Shown: piece after piece, positions 1 to 12,129 of the stretch
How positions within the stretch are numbered: the first letter of the stretch is position 1
Layout: the number at the start of each line of letters is the position of its first letter
Assembly (NCBI RefSeq): GCF_000400465.1
Contig: NW_008806280.1
Span: 120,001-152,000, forward strand
DNA: 32,000 nt
Direction of reading: 5' to 3'
Source of the DNA: Wallemia ichthyophaga EXF-994
Taxonomy: Eukaryota; Fungi; Basidiomycota
The notes under the pieces: model-generated
The model's database searches: none
The model's input: only the letters and a program-made list of their open reading frames with translations
Told to the model about the DNA's origin: nothing
Program-made: the position numbers and the translations under genes

Positions 1-401
1 TGGCGTACAGGGACGCGAGGAGGAAGTAGTGATCATGTCGCTTGTGCGCTCGAATGATGCAGTGGGTGTCTAACGCTTTGTGCTTTTAGTTAGTTGATCA
101 CCGCTCACTACTCTCTTTTTTCTTTTAGGGCGAAGTAGGCTTTTTGAAGGAGGAACGCAGGTTGAATGTGGCTATGACCAGAGCTAAAAGGCAGCTGGTG
201 GGTGTTTTGATTTTTTTTTTCATTTGGCCGGGTGCTGATTTTGCATTGCAGATTGTCGTCGGGAATAGCGCAACTATCAGACGCGGGAGCACATACCTGA
301 AGAAGTGAGTTTGTTGAGGTTTTGATTTGTGTTTAGCTTATCACACGCGCAGGTGGATGGACTTTTTGGAAGAGCACGCTGATATTCAGGTGCCTGAGTA
401 A
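1..401 (+). CDS. HCS1: 3' end of a UPF1-like SF1 helicase, Hcs1/IGHMBP2 (SMUBP-2) type; 5'-truncated by the window
   Basis: Exons <1-61, 129-197, 252-304, 353-401 joined by GT-AG introns give [76 protein letters not shown]. This carries the QGRE and [10 protein letters not shown] motifs of Upf1/Dna2/Sen1-family helicases, and the tail resembles IGHMBP2. Absent from the ORF track. Confidence 0.8.
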
Positions 402-516
402 TTTTTCTTTGTAGATGACGAGATAAGCAAATGAGTAGATAAATAGACTTTTTTGCGTGCTCCTATCTGATTGGCTGAGAGTGTGATGATTTGAAAGAAG
501 ATGAATTGGATGCAAT

Positions 517-680
517 TGTTTACATGGGTGTTTTAAGCGTACCCGCGTGTGCTACTTTCCTCTTACGCCGCAACCGCAGATCTGGATAGGTGCACACCAC
601 CGCGCACACAAATAAAGACGCGTAATTTCAGAGCTAAGGAGCCTTTAAATGCTTCAGCCCCACTTCAGCATCGTATTTAC
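517..680. promoter_or_regulatory. Candidate cell-cycle promoter elements upstream of polo kinase (forkhead and MCB-like)
   Basis: TGTTTAC at 517-523 and TATTTAC at 674-680 are the forkhead core GTAAAYA on the - strand; ACGCGT (MCB) lies at 618-623. These are short motifs with only contextual support (yeast CDC5 is forkhead-regulated). Confidence 0.3.
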
Positions 681-822
681 ACCTCAAACGCCAACGAAAA
701 AGAAATAAATTCCTCATCAAGCTGATTTTGACGCGCCTGGGATCTCTCACCCGAACGACGACGACGATCGATTAAGCGGGATATTAAAGGATTTCTAAAG
801 CATACAGCACAGCGAAAACGTC

Positions 823-3131
823 ATGAAAACTCCGCCACGCCCAAAATCGACAAAGCTCTCCGAGACGTGCGCACCACCGCCGGAGACGATTAGAGATAAG
901 AAGAGGAATAAGAAATATTCGCGGCATGGGCTCTTAGGGGAGGTGAGAAATGACAGCGACGGGGATGAAAACGAATCTGACACTCGAGTAGGGCGGATTC
1001 GCACGAGTGTACGAAGTCGAGGATGACCACGGCGGGTTGCTTGCCATTAAGACAATATCTAAAACAGCGCTGCAGTCCAAGAAAAACAGGACTAAGGTGT
1101 GTCTTGAATTCTGATAATATTGTGACGCACACACTGACACACTCACAGCTCTATGCTGAAATCAAACTGCATAAAGCATTATCACACCCGAATATAGTCG
1201 GCTTTGAGGAATGCTTCGAGGATGAAGAAAACGTTTACATGCTGATGGAATTGTGCAAGGCAGGCAATATGATGGATCTTCTTCGCGCGAGAAAGAGATA
1301 CACAGCTCCAGAAACACGCTTCTTCCTCGTACAGCTTATAGGCGCGTGTCAGTACATGCACGAGCATTCAGTTATTCACCGTGACCTTAAACTGGGCAAC
1401 TTGTTTTTGGACGAGTCGATGAATGTCAAAGTGGGTGACTTTGGCTTGGCCGCTTTGATTGAGCGCGAGGGCGAGCGGAAGAAAACAATATGCGGTACTC
1501 CAAATTATATCGCTCCAGAAGTTCTATTTGATACATCGAATGGACACAGCTTTGAAGTCGACGTGTGGTCTATTGGCGTAATCATGTACACTCTTCTAGT
1601 AGGGAAACCACCGTTTCAGACCAAAGATGTCAAGGAAATTTACAAGTGGGTTTGAGACACTGCTGAGACATGCGCACTTAACACTCACCCTTCAGACGGA
1701 TAAAAGACAATTTGTACGAATTCCCAGTGGATGATCCAATCCCGACTGAAGCTGAGGATCTCATTTCGTGCATCCTGACACCAGATCCTAGTGGGTTTGA
1801 GTTACTTAATAACTTGATTTTTCAGCTAACAACAAACTCCAGACGACAGACCGACTCTTCACGAAATTTTAGACCATCCTTTCTTTAGTGGGATTACGCC
1901 GCCATCTATCCCGTCAACAGCGCGCATGTCTAAACCTGACTTCAGCAACGTGACAAACGCAATGTCTAAACATAACATGCGCAGGCTGCGTCAGCAAGTA
2001 GAGCTCGACATTTCACGCCCAATAGCGGCCAAGAATGGCGAAGAGAAGACGGAGAGTGTGTCTGTCGCAGAGCAGGAGAGGGAGTTCAACAAGGCAGTAC
2101 AACCATCATCGCCAATCTCCACACTGCTCAGCTCGGCCAGGCAGCCACTGATTGTTGCCAACAGTCTCCCATCGCAGCCGCTGCTTAGACAGGCGACAAC
2201 TGCAGCACTTGCTGAGAAAGAGAAGAAACAGAAAATGGAAATACACGCATCGAACAAGAAATACATGGAGAATTTGGAAAAGAAAGATGGCGAGGACGAG
2301 GAAATTGCTGATCAGAAGCTGAGAATAGTTAGTGAAATGGTCAACAACGATGAGAAAAATAAAGGAAAAGCGAGAGCATTGGATGAGAATAATCAACTTC
2401 CACCACCTAAAAGCAAAAGCAAGAGCAGTTGTTTTGTGGAAATGCACACTAATCTTCACAACGCATTCACTGCCAAACGTGAAGCAAAGCGTTTCGAGAT
2501 ACCATCACAATACCGCGACACAGATTCGGACAAAGCATCCAAAGTTTTCATAGTTAGTTGGTTAGATTACTGCAATAAATATGGAATGGGATATGCATTA
2601 ACTGATGGCACCGTTGGCGTGTATTTCAACGATTCAACATCCATGGTGCTATCACCTGCAAAGGAAACGGTTGACTATATAGCGTCTCGTGGTAAATCGA
2701 GCACAGCGGTAAGGAAAAATTTCAACATAGATAAGGAGATACCGAAGGATTTAGAAAGTAAGATGTTGTTGTTGAGACATTTCGAGGATTATATGCTCGA
2801 GAGGCTCTATGGAGCACGTTCATACACATACGTAGATGAAGAAAGGCGGAAGGGGATGACTTTTGTGCAGAGATACTATCGGATGAAAAATCTGATAGTG
2901 TTCAAGCTGTCAAATGATGTCGTGCAATTCAACTTTTATGATCACACCAAGATGATACTCAGTCAGGGAGGGTGTTTGGTTACATACATCGATAAGGATT
3001 ACGCGTTATCGAGATGGACACTGGATGAGATATTGGAAAAGCAAAGCAAGGATGAAAGGGAGAAGAAAAAGATGGAAGGGATATTAGTCAAGCTCAAGTA
3101 CTGTAAGGATGTATTTGCAACAGGGAGGTAG
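823..3131 (+). CDS. CDC5: Polo-like serine/threonine kinase (Cdc5/Plo1/PLK1), about 701 aa
   Basis: Exons 823-942, 992-1096, 1149-1645, 1696-1790, 1843-3131 stay in frame. Kinase motifs [23 protein letters not shown] and [16 protein letters not shown]. Two polo boxes: [12 protein letters not shown]...FND and QFNFYDHTK. An extra upstream exon cannot be excluded. Confidence 0.96.
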
Positions 3132-3195
3132 TGGCAAGTGTAAGAACATGACGATTAATAAAGTATGTGTACATGATGTGAGGTGTGTTTATAGC

Positions 3196-3631
3196 TTAAG
3201 CGATGTTACGGAGGACAAGAATGACGGAATCGCCGCTAATTTGGGTGTGGTTAGGAGGGTGTTTCAGTTAAAGACATAGCACTCACCGCAGGAACATTTT
3301 GCTAATGAATCTATCCTTATTGATTGGTTGCTTCCCTTTTCCTTTTGGAACTTCTGTCCACATTTCCTTTACATTTTCAAGCACCTAGGTGAAACGAATG
3401 AGAAGACAAGTAAAATGAGAGCAATTATAGTACCATATTTGAATGCCTATCGAAAGCTTTAACTCTTGCTAGCAATTTCCTGTTATTTCTCAAACTGACT
3501 AATATTTGAGTGTTATTCTTCACGCTCTGCTGGAGCACCGATAAAGGACCTTGGCTGAGTTCAAACTCCTCCAGTTGTCTAATTTGATCCTCATTCAACT
3601 CAGATTTTGGCGTATTTACGAATTCAGACAT
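3196..3631 (-). CDS. SMD2: Small nuclear ribonucleoprotein Sm D2
   Basis: Exons 3631-3434, 3384-3287, 3235-3196 give [12 protein letters not shown]...GPLSVL...[65 protein letters not shown]. Complete Sm1 and Sm2 motifs typical of SmD2. Confidence 0.96.
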
Positions 3632-3652
3632 GTAGCTTTACGTTGGCTTGTG

Positions 3653-4907
3653 ATGGTCAAGAGGAAACGAAGTGAGCCATTCGTATGCAATCATTGCGGA
3701 AAGTCTTTTGAAAAATTATCAAAGTATACAGAGCATACACGCAAGCACACCGGGGAGGTGCGTTTGGCTTGTCCAATTGATTTACCTACTAAACCACCCA
3801 TAGAGACCATTGAAGTGCTCAAAATGCAATGCTGTGTTTAGAAAAGATAGCCACTTAAAAGCACACGAGCGAACGCACGAATCAGAATCGAGTAAACCAT
3901 TCAGCTGCACTCACTGTGATAAACAATTCTGGACGAATCAACACCTAAAAAGGCATTTAAAAACACACGAATCAAGCTTCATTTGCAACTACTGCGATAA
4001 ATCATTCTCAAAACAATATCAACTTAGAAATCACGTCGCTGGTGAGCATAATCCAGTTGGTACTCTACCACACATATGTGCACACCCGGGCTGCACGAAA
4101 TCATTCCCTACAAACGCGAAGCTCAGAAGACATGCTCAAGTTCATCAGTCTGATAGATATAGCTGTGGACACGATCAATGTACTCACCTCTCTTTTAACA
4201 AATGGACCGAACTTCAGGCGCATATCAGACAAGAACATAAACCAACTTGTCCTTACGAGTCTTGTCACAAGGTTTTTAGTAATAGGACCAACCTCAACCA
4301 GCATTTGCTTCTCCATGACCAGAAAGAGGTGGAGAGGGAATTGGGTTTAGAGGAGCAGGCAAAAAACGTAAAAGGTGGTTTGGTTGCTAGAGATTTTCAT
4401 TGTCAGGTGCAGGGCTGTGACAAGAGCTTCAAATCTCACCGTGCTCTCACCGTCCACATCAACACCACTCATCTCAACATACGTCCCTTCGTTTGTCTCC
4501 AATGCGATAAGAGCTATGGCTACAAACATCTGCTACAGAGACACTTACAAACGCACAAAAAACAAAAGGATGTTAAGAAGCCAAAGAAGACCACTATCGA
4601 GAAGTTCACCGGTGTTGATTACATGAAAAGAAACATCGAATGCCCATATAAGGATATACTTGAGTTAGATACTCTCCCGGACTGCTCTTTTAGATATACT
4701 AGACGCTACGATCTACGTCGACACCTCGCCTCCAAGCATCACATTCACTTCACTAAAGAAGAGCTGGATTATTGGTTGGACGGAGGCATAGACGAGCAAG
4801 AAAGTGTCAGTGCGAATGAAGAAGAGCTGAACAAGGAGCATAAAAGCCAACATGAGAGCTTGACTGAGGATGAGGAGCTGGATCAATCAATAGAAGCGCA
4901 GGATTGA
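3653..4907 (+). CDS. PZF1: Transcription factor IIIA (5S rRNA gene factor), 10 C2H2 zinc fingers, about 402 aa
   Basis: Exons 3653-3757 and 3804-4907. Ten C2H2 fingers, including the TFIIIA-like finger SFNKWTELQAHIRQEH and a terminal finger ending RYDLRRHLASKH. Basic N-terminus MVKRKRS and acidic tail. Confidence 0.85.
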
Positions 4908-5157
4908 TGCAGCTAACATTTATATATTTATTTGTACTTAAATTGTAATGTTTGTAATATATGTATCATTTTGTAGCTATTGACTTTGTGAAAACTTCTC
5001 AGCGTCGAGCAGCGCTTTGTAAACATCCACTTATTTTTGACATGCTACAGGGATGATGATTTGTTTTGAAAATGCAAATTCATACTATAGAATCTAGAAG
5101 ATTCCAACACAATCTTCCTTGTCCCCATACCCCAACTATTTGTTTTTTTAGGAATGC

Positions 5158-5450
5158 ACCAGTCGATCCAAACCCCCTTCCCTCGGGATTCAGAGTTGAG
5201 CTGACCCCCACTTTGATTTACAATACATCATTTTCGATAAGTATTCATTGAATAATAGTGACCTTGATCCTCCCCTATAGCCAGGTTTTAAAAGGCCTCA
5301 AATCGAAAAATGTACTATGTTTTACAATGCTGTTACTGGCATTATTTAAACAAGACGGTCTGTATCAGCTCAAAATCACAATAAGAATCGATTGGGCGCG
5401 TGTAATACTCCTTGTTAATACTATGGCGTACTATAGAGCGATTTCGAACC
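5158..5450 (-). pseudogene. Decayed trimeric dUTPase gene (relic)
   Basis: One - strand frame, interrupted by stops, reads G..SLYST, IMPVTAL, GLLKPGYRGGSRSLLFN and GSAQL at near-dUTPase spacing. It is followed by tctgaatcccgagggaagggggtttggatcgactggt, which reads SESRGEGGFGSTG if two 1-nt deletions are repaired. Confidence 0.5.
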
Positions 5451-6084
5451 ATGACTCTCGATCAGCATGCAGAGCATGATTAGGAGCGCCAGAGATCTAA
5501 ATCTGGCAAAGCATATTTGTACCAGCCATAGCTATCAATCAAGCATTTTTATTTGGAGATCATCAAAAGTTGTAAATCATCATCCGAGATGAGTTAAGTA
5601 TGGCACGCGAAAAATCAATTCGATGGATAGTGAGTGAACAAAGAATACAAAGGTATAGTTGGAGTGCTCGAGAGCTACTGAGAAGAAAGGTGTTGTAAGT
5701 TTATACAGAATGTCTGAACACGAATCTGCTGTGCTCATCTTCATGTTCACTTGGTCATTTGCAAGGCCAATTGCATTGAAATAATGACCCCGACTATCTG
5801 AAAGCTGCTTTTAATAGTGGACCTTCATCCCCTCGGCTATCTCGTTGAATCGTACTGAGACCATCATAGTCGCAGCTCTTACTACCTATTCTTGCATCAT
5901 TTTAAAATAAATTAACAACTACATGCGTATATGCATTTCTTTAAAAATAACAATAAGAGATCATGTTAAGAATTGTTCACAAAGTAGTAGAGTGTTCGCT
6001 GAAGAGTGGAGGAATTTGTAGCGTTTGTTGTTAAATAAATAAATCGTCCATGCAAATATACGCCTCTAAAGTAAGCCTATTATT

Positions 6085-9000
6085 CTAGATAGATGTGAGA
6101 ATATCGTCGATTATGGCGTTAATCTCAGTTCTACGATCGTTGATAGCGTCGTTTCCATACTTGTCAGCAAGATCCTGTCTGATTGACTTCTTGGTTATAT
6201 TGTCCAGATCTGCCTTGCCAATTATGCCCCTGACGTCCATCTCGATTTCATTCCACGATATCGATTGACTCCCTCCACTGCCGTTGCTGTGTTGATTGTA
6301 TTCAGGTAGGGGTGTGACGGAGTGCGACTGCGGCTGTGGTGGCATGAATTGCTGTTGGGAAAAGTTCGTCGACATTCTCGGATCGTAGCCTCCGTAGAAT
6401 GAGTTGGACCAGTTTTGAGATTGCGGATATGGATGGTGTTGTGGTGGTGCCAAAGAATACATTGATGTGGTGTTTGGATAACCGTTGAAAGCGTATTGGG
6501 ATGGGTATGCTGATTGGCGGTAGATGCTCTGATTCGCGGACATTGAGCGCGGCACACCGCTCTGGTCCAATCCACCATACATAGATCGAGGGCCATAGAT
6601 ACTGGCTGTGTTAGCTGGTGATGGCGGCCTTGATGCTTTCTCAAATTCGTAAACTTCATCTCTGTAACCCGATTAGCTAGTGCGTTACTTCTCAGGAGTC
6701 TAACTCACCCTTGCTCCCACAGCTCAGCTTCATACTCAGCCCATGTCTTTAGTGGTATCACCTTTGGATCAAAGTGACCTTCATCATGTATCATCATTTT
6801 TCTGCCCTTTTCTCCTGTGATCGTGTGCGTCGAGCCCCATGAGAAATCATCAAAGTGCCAGAATGAATATAGCGGCAAGAAGAACGAGAAGAGCGGGATA
6901 GCGCAAATATAAACTATCATCCAGCCAATCTGTTCCCATTTACGATGCATAAGGAAGATTAGCGCTTGGAAACCATATATAGCGCAAAGCATAATGATAG
7001 ACGTTGTCGGTATGGTCTTTCCTTCAGCTGCTGCCAAGTAAATCAAGTAGACAATATAAACGACGGTGACTGGAGCGATAATTGTTGATAGCAGATCAAT
7101 GAAAACTATGAACCTCATCGAGAAGCAGCAGAAACCACAAAGCTTATCCAAGAATAACAGTTCGGCCAGGTTATGCACAGTGGAGTTAATCCATCTACGT
7201 CTTTGAGAGAGCAAAACCTTGATATCATCCGGTGCGACAGTCTGGGCTCTTGCATCGGCTGTAAATTTGGTCTTGAAGAGTGGGAAATGCTTGAGCAGAA
7301 TAGTAGTAAGATACCGATCTTCACCGAGATGCAAAAGATTCTTCAAGTGAAGCGTATTAACAACATTTTGACTATACTCGTCAATTACCTCAGAAGCGAC
7401 GAAAAGTGGACGATGAGTATCACTCGTGCGCAATCTATACATCGAAAAACATCCTGGTAAACATGTGATAGAGCCAAACAGAGACTCAAATGCTTTGGTG
7501 AGGTAGTGAGAGATATAGTACTCGTAAACCTGAGCCATAGTTACGATAGATTGCTTAGAATTAGCTAGAGAAGTTTCTCCACATAATGCCAAGATCTTTT
7601 TATCTCGCATGAACGATGATATAAACATAGAAAGACAGTCAGGATCGACCATAGTATCAGCATCGACGGCCAGCATATACTCGTAAAAATTGGGGTTAAC
7701 ACCAATAACATTCTTGATTTGGTGGTATATCTCCAACTCAAGGGGGTTCATTGGTGCGTCGAAATGAACTTTGTTCAGGAACCACATCAATGCCAATTGT
7801 GAGTCACGCTTACCTCTATTACCAGGCCTGCTACGTTCTGTTGGTTTACCGACTTTAGCCAGTACAATGTACGGTACGACGTGACCACGGTGCTCATAAA
7901 GACCACTATAGATTTTGCCCATATTGTGCTGCTTGTTACCCTCACCGATCGACTTAAAGCTGAGCGGTTCTGGATCGTAATTAGGATCAGCGCCTAGGAT
8001 ATCGAGGGCAATACGTGGTGTTGTACGGTCATTACCACTATAAAAAGTTAGTAATTCACGAAAATTCAATCAACACTCACCCTCCAATAATGTTACCATC
8101 ACAGATAACAAAAATGAGCTTGCGTTTATCATCGTAACGCGTAGCGGCGAGCGAGTCAATCGTCCGTCGCAGTGACTCTTCACCCTCAGTATAAGCAGGT
8201 ACCTGTAATTGTCAGCCAAAGCCTCGTTTCTATCAATCCACCTACTTGGAAAATGAGAAACTTGTCGTGCTCCTCCGGTTTCCGTCGTGTACCAAAGTTG
8301 ATAGCAGCCAAGAACTTGAAACCAATAATGACAATCATGAAAATTGATAGCGCGAGAAGGATGTAGTTTGAGAATTGACATGCCGTTGAGTTTCTTCTAT
8401 CCACTTTACCAATAAAGAAGAGATTCCGTAAACAGCTCATTTGACGAGCAAGGACGGTAGGATCTATAGCCAAGTCTTGAACATACTTAGTAACATCTTC
8501 CCCTGAATTTTGTTCAAATATTTGAACAATCGCTTCATGCATAAAGTGAGTGTCAATGTCAGTTGGAGCTGCCTCGTCTTCGCTAGATCCAACAAAACCA
8601 CCATCAAATGAGATGTACGGAGTCATATCGTAAACGCTGCCATTGATCACAGCTACATTGTTATTATCGTCCGCCATCTTTGAAATATCCTTGTCGGTTA
8701 AACCGACATGACCGACTCTGTAATTGTAGCGCATAATGACCATCTGCTCGTAATACCAATCTGGTCTTGAGTCATTAGTCCATGCTCTAAAGTCGTGGTA
8801 GTGGGCATTAGGTTCTGTAGATGTAGTGTTTGAGGCGTCAAGACCGACTAGCGGATTAACCGCTCCATCAACACCATTGCACAATGCCGATACTTGAACA
8901 GGAAGAAGATTAGAAACATCCTGACCACCATAATTCCAAAAGAGCCTGTCGTCGATAACTGATACAGCACCGCGGTGTGCATCGTGCATCTTAGTGAGGT

Positions 9001-12000
9001 CCATAACTTCGCCTCGAATACTGACAAATGTGTGATCAGGTTGAGATTCATGTGTATGAGCAGATATTTCATTCTGAGAGTAAACCCGCTGAGTGGGACA
9101 TATCACGGGTCCAAGGATAGCGATAACGAAGATAGCGCAAGCACAAACAAACCAGATGATGATGTTAATAGCCAACTTTTCCCTCCATGCTTGTCTGACA
9201 TCTTGTCTTTTCATTCTACCGAACCACTTGAGGAACGGAGAAGGAACGTACCAGGTCAATAACCAACAGAAAGCAACCCATCTTTTTCTAACACCAGATT
9301 CTCTCACTTCCTCTTGCGTTTCACTATCATCATACATATCCTTTTCGTCCATCGCAGCTTTATCGGCGTCCTTGAGATTCATGTTTGAGAACATGTTTTG
9401 AGATGGTGCGTACATTTCAGTGCCGATTTGACTGTTAGTTTCATTTTCATACTTTGATTGGGGATATATATCACTACCTTCGTACCCGAAAGACTTGTGG
9501 TCGTCGCTGTACATATCGTCGTGATCTTCGTCACGCTGAACGTTGGAAACGAGTGGGAGTGCGACACTAGAGCCATCGTGGTCACGAGTGGCGAAAGGAT
9601 CTGTCATGAGCTCTGAAGCTGGTGTAGTTGGTCCCTCTTCTCCAAGTGGTGCGTATGGACCGAATGGATCTGGAGTTGCGATATAATCCGCTTCTGATTT
9701 CTGATACTTGTTGAATTGACGTTGTTCCTGCTCGTCATAAGAGCGAATGTGATCTTCGAGATGTCGGAAGACGTTGTGAGTTATGAATACCTGTGGGTTT
9801 ACGTTAAGATGAACACTTTGTTTTTTTCTATTAAAAATCACTTACCTTATATGTACCAACGGCTAGCTCGCGCTCTGTCCATGACATCTTTTCGCGCATG
9901 TTAAGGATCTTATGCACAGTATCTCCCTGCATAATATCCATCTCGTTGAGTTCATCACCGTAACTCTCCACGAATTCATCATGCGTCATATTGATTGCCC
10001 ATTCGGCTACAGCAGACCGTCTTGCCACGGCTGGTATACCCGATGAACGAATTTGCGCCTTGACATGACGTGCCTCGAGCTGATTAGGCAGCTGGGTATC
10101 GTTGGGTGACAGGCAGAAGACGTACCATGGATAACAGTCCTCAAGCGTATCAAACAGAACATCAGCAGCATTCCTAAACTCTGTTGCTACACATGTGTTT
10201 GTTTCAGTTGAAGATTGGTGATCGACGACTTGGTCTTCTGGCATGTCTGGCAATTCAGGTTCATTATTTCCACGTCTCAAAGAAGGACCAGTCCGTCTTG
10301 TCGATGGTCTACGCCTTGGACCTACTGACTGTTGAGCGGCAACGAGAGTAGCTTCTGACTTTGGATGGAATTGCGTACTGATTGCATTGGATGTGAAAAG
10401 AGACTTGACGAATGGATTTTCCGATCCGTTTGTTGTCTTGTCATTGGTGACTCCACCTTTGAAAAGCGAAACGAAATCAGGATTAAGATTGTCGGTGTTC
10501 TTCTCAATCCAATTCTCGGCTGAGTAGGTGACGGTACCAGCGTAGTGGTTGATGGAGAATGTAGGATAACCAGACCGATCTGGTGGCGCCGTCTTGAATT
10601 TATTATTGTTACCCCAGCGTTTATTAAATGCTTCAACCATCGTATTGTCATTCTTCTTTGGCGCACGCTTAGCTTGGTCGTCCATTATATGAATTAAGCC
10701 ACCCTGCTTTGCACCAAGTAGACGCAAAACATCCGAATTGTCGTATTCTGAGAATGACACAGGTGGACTAATCTTACTCAATCCCTCGTGCTTGTGCTCC
10801 TCATAAGGACGAGTGAAAACATGCTGGAAAATCCAGTTTTGTAAGCGTTCATTGAGATAATTTACGCAAAATTGGTCGACAGAATTACCGCGATGACCGG
10901 TACTTGGATTGTTTTGAAAACCAGGTAGATCGAGAAAAGCAATGTAAGTTGAAAAGTCCTCTTTGCAGAGGTGTTGATTGATGTGTTCGATGATCCAGCT
11001 GAAGAGGAGAGAATAGAGGGAGCGAGCAAGGTCATCACGATTGGTAGCTGCACCGTCAACATCGAGAAAGACGGTACATACATCTTTCTTAACAAGTTTA
11101 GTGCGATATGAAAGAACACTTTCAAGTGCGTCTGGATGTACACCGAGGAACTCCGCAACAATGTCGAGTGTCTCTGTATTTCTAACTACAGCAGCATCTG
11201 GATTCCTTGCGTGGTCGATCGTGAATTCAAGGTTACCAAGGTGCAAGATTGCAGTGACGAGCTGGCAAATTTGAGCGACGTGACGCTTTGAAAATCCAGC
11301 AGCCTTGAAAGCGTTTTTGAGTTGACTGAATCTTGCAGCGTCCTCGCCATTACTAGCGCCTATCAAAGGACCGCTGCGTCTTCTGATTGCGCCTGAGGTG
11401 TAGCGATAGGCACCAAGATCCTGAAGTTTAAGATATTGGCGCTCCTCTTCACTGGCTCCAGCAGTAAGATAGTAGAAGATGTGATAGTTGCGCTCTCCTG
11501 GAGGAGGGTTTACAACTCTTGAGCGTTCAAAGTAATACTCAAGAGTTTTTGCACCGTAAAGTCTGCCACGGTCGTTGAATTGAAGTTCAGTATATTTGCC
11601 GAATCTCGAAGCATTTGCGTTGTGCAGGGTTTTTGCATTGCCAAAAGCCTCGAGGACAAACTCGGCAGAGGGAATCTGATCGCCAAGCTTGTGGCCTTTC
11701 TTGCCTGGTGGTGGGAGAGACAAATCAATAATAGTCCTTGTTGCCAGTCTTCTAAGTTCGGACTTTCCAGAGCCCGTTTCACCGCTTTTATAGGGTTAGA
11801 CGGGCAAGCGGGGAGACAGCAACTCACTTTAAAATGATATTATTATCTTTCGAGCTTCTGCGCATGTAATAGTAAGCGTCTGCAGCGATTTGGAAGATGT
11901 GAGGTGGTAGTCTTGTGCTATTATCAGTCTGCCTGTACTCGAGTGCGTAGTCGTGCAGGACTTTATCAGAATTAGCGGGGAGGTATTTAAGAGGGTTCAA

Positions 12001-12129
12001 GGCGACGAGCGAGGACGTTCCCAGTCGCGTATAGATCTGGTCTTCGAGGAAGCGATCTCGCAAATAGCTGAGCACAGCTTCGTCAGACGTATCCCGTAGC
12101 TTTGATATATCGTCCATGGTCGTGGACAT
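6085..12129 (-). CDS. Class V chitin synthase with N-terminal myosin motor-like domain (Mcs1/CsmA type), about 1937 aa
   Basis: Exons 12129-11828, 11784-9846, 9790-8246, 8202-8081, 8037-6709, 6661-6085 total 5814 nt in frame. Myosin P-loop GETGSGKS, switch [10 protein letters not shown] and switch II DLPGFQ. Cytochrome b5-like segments. Chitin synthase motifs DADT, GEDRYLT and QRRRW. DEK-C-like C-terminus. Confidence 0.96.

Noticed and set aside
3551-3652. TTG-initiated in-frame N-terminal extension of TFIIIA (ORF 3551..3841)
   Set aside because: It lies antisense to Sm-D2 exon 1, has no ATG and no recognisable motif. It is probably a chance open frame.
5066-5479. Plus-strand ORFs 5066..5251 and 5258..5479 with an intron-like segment between them
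   Set aside because: Splicing at gtattc...ctatag leads to a stop after three codons and no domain is recognisable. The - strand dUTPase motifs explain the region better.
5780-5801. AATAATGACCCCGACTAT followed by CTGA resembles a box C/D snoRNA guide complementary to an 18S segment (GATAGTCGGGGGCATTA, from memory)
   Set aside because: No box C (RTGATGA) or terminal stem at a suitable distance, an internal mismatch, and the rRNA target is recalled rather than checked.
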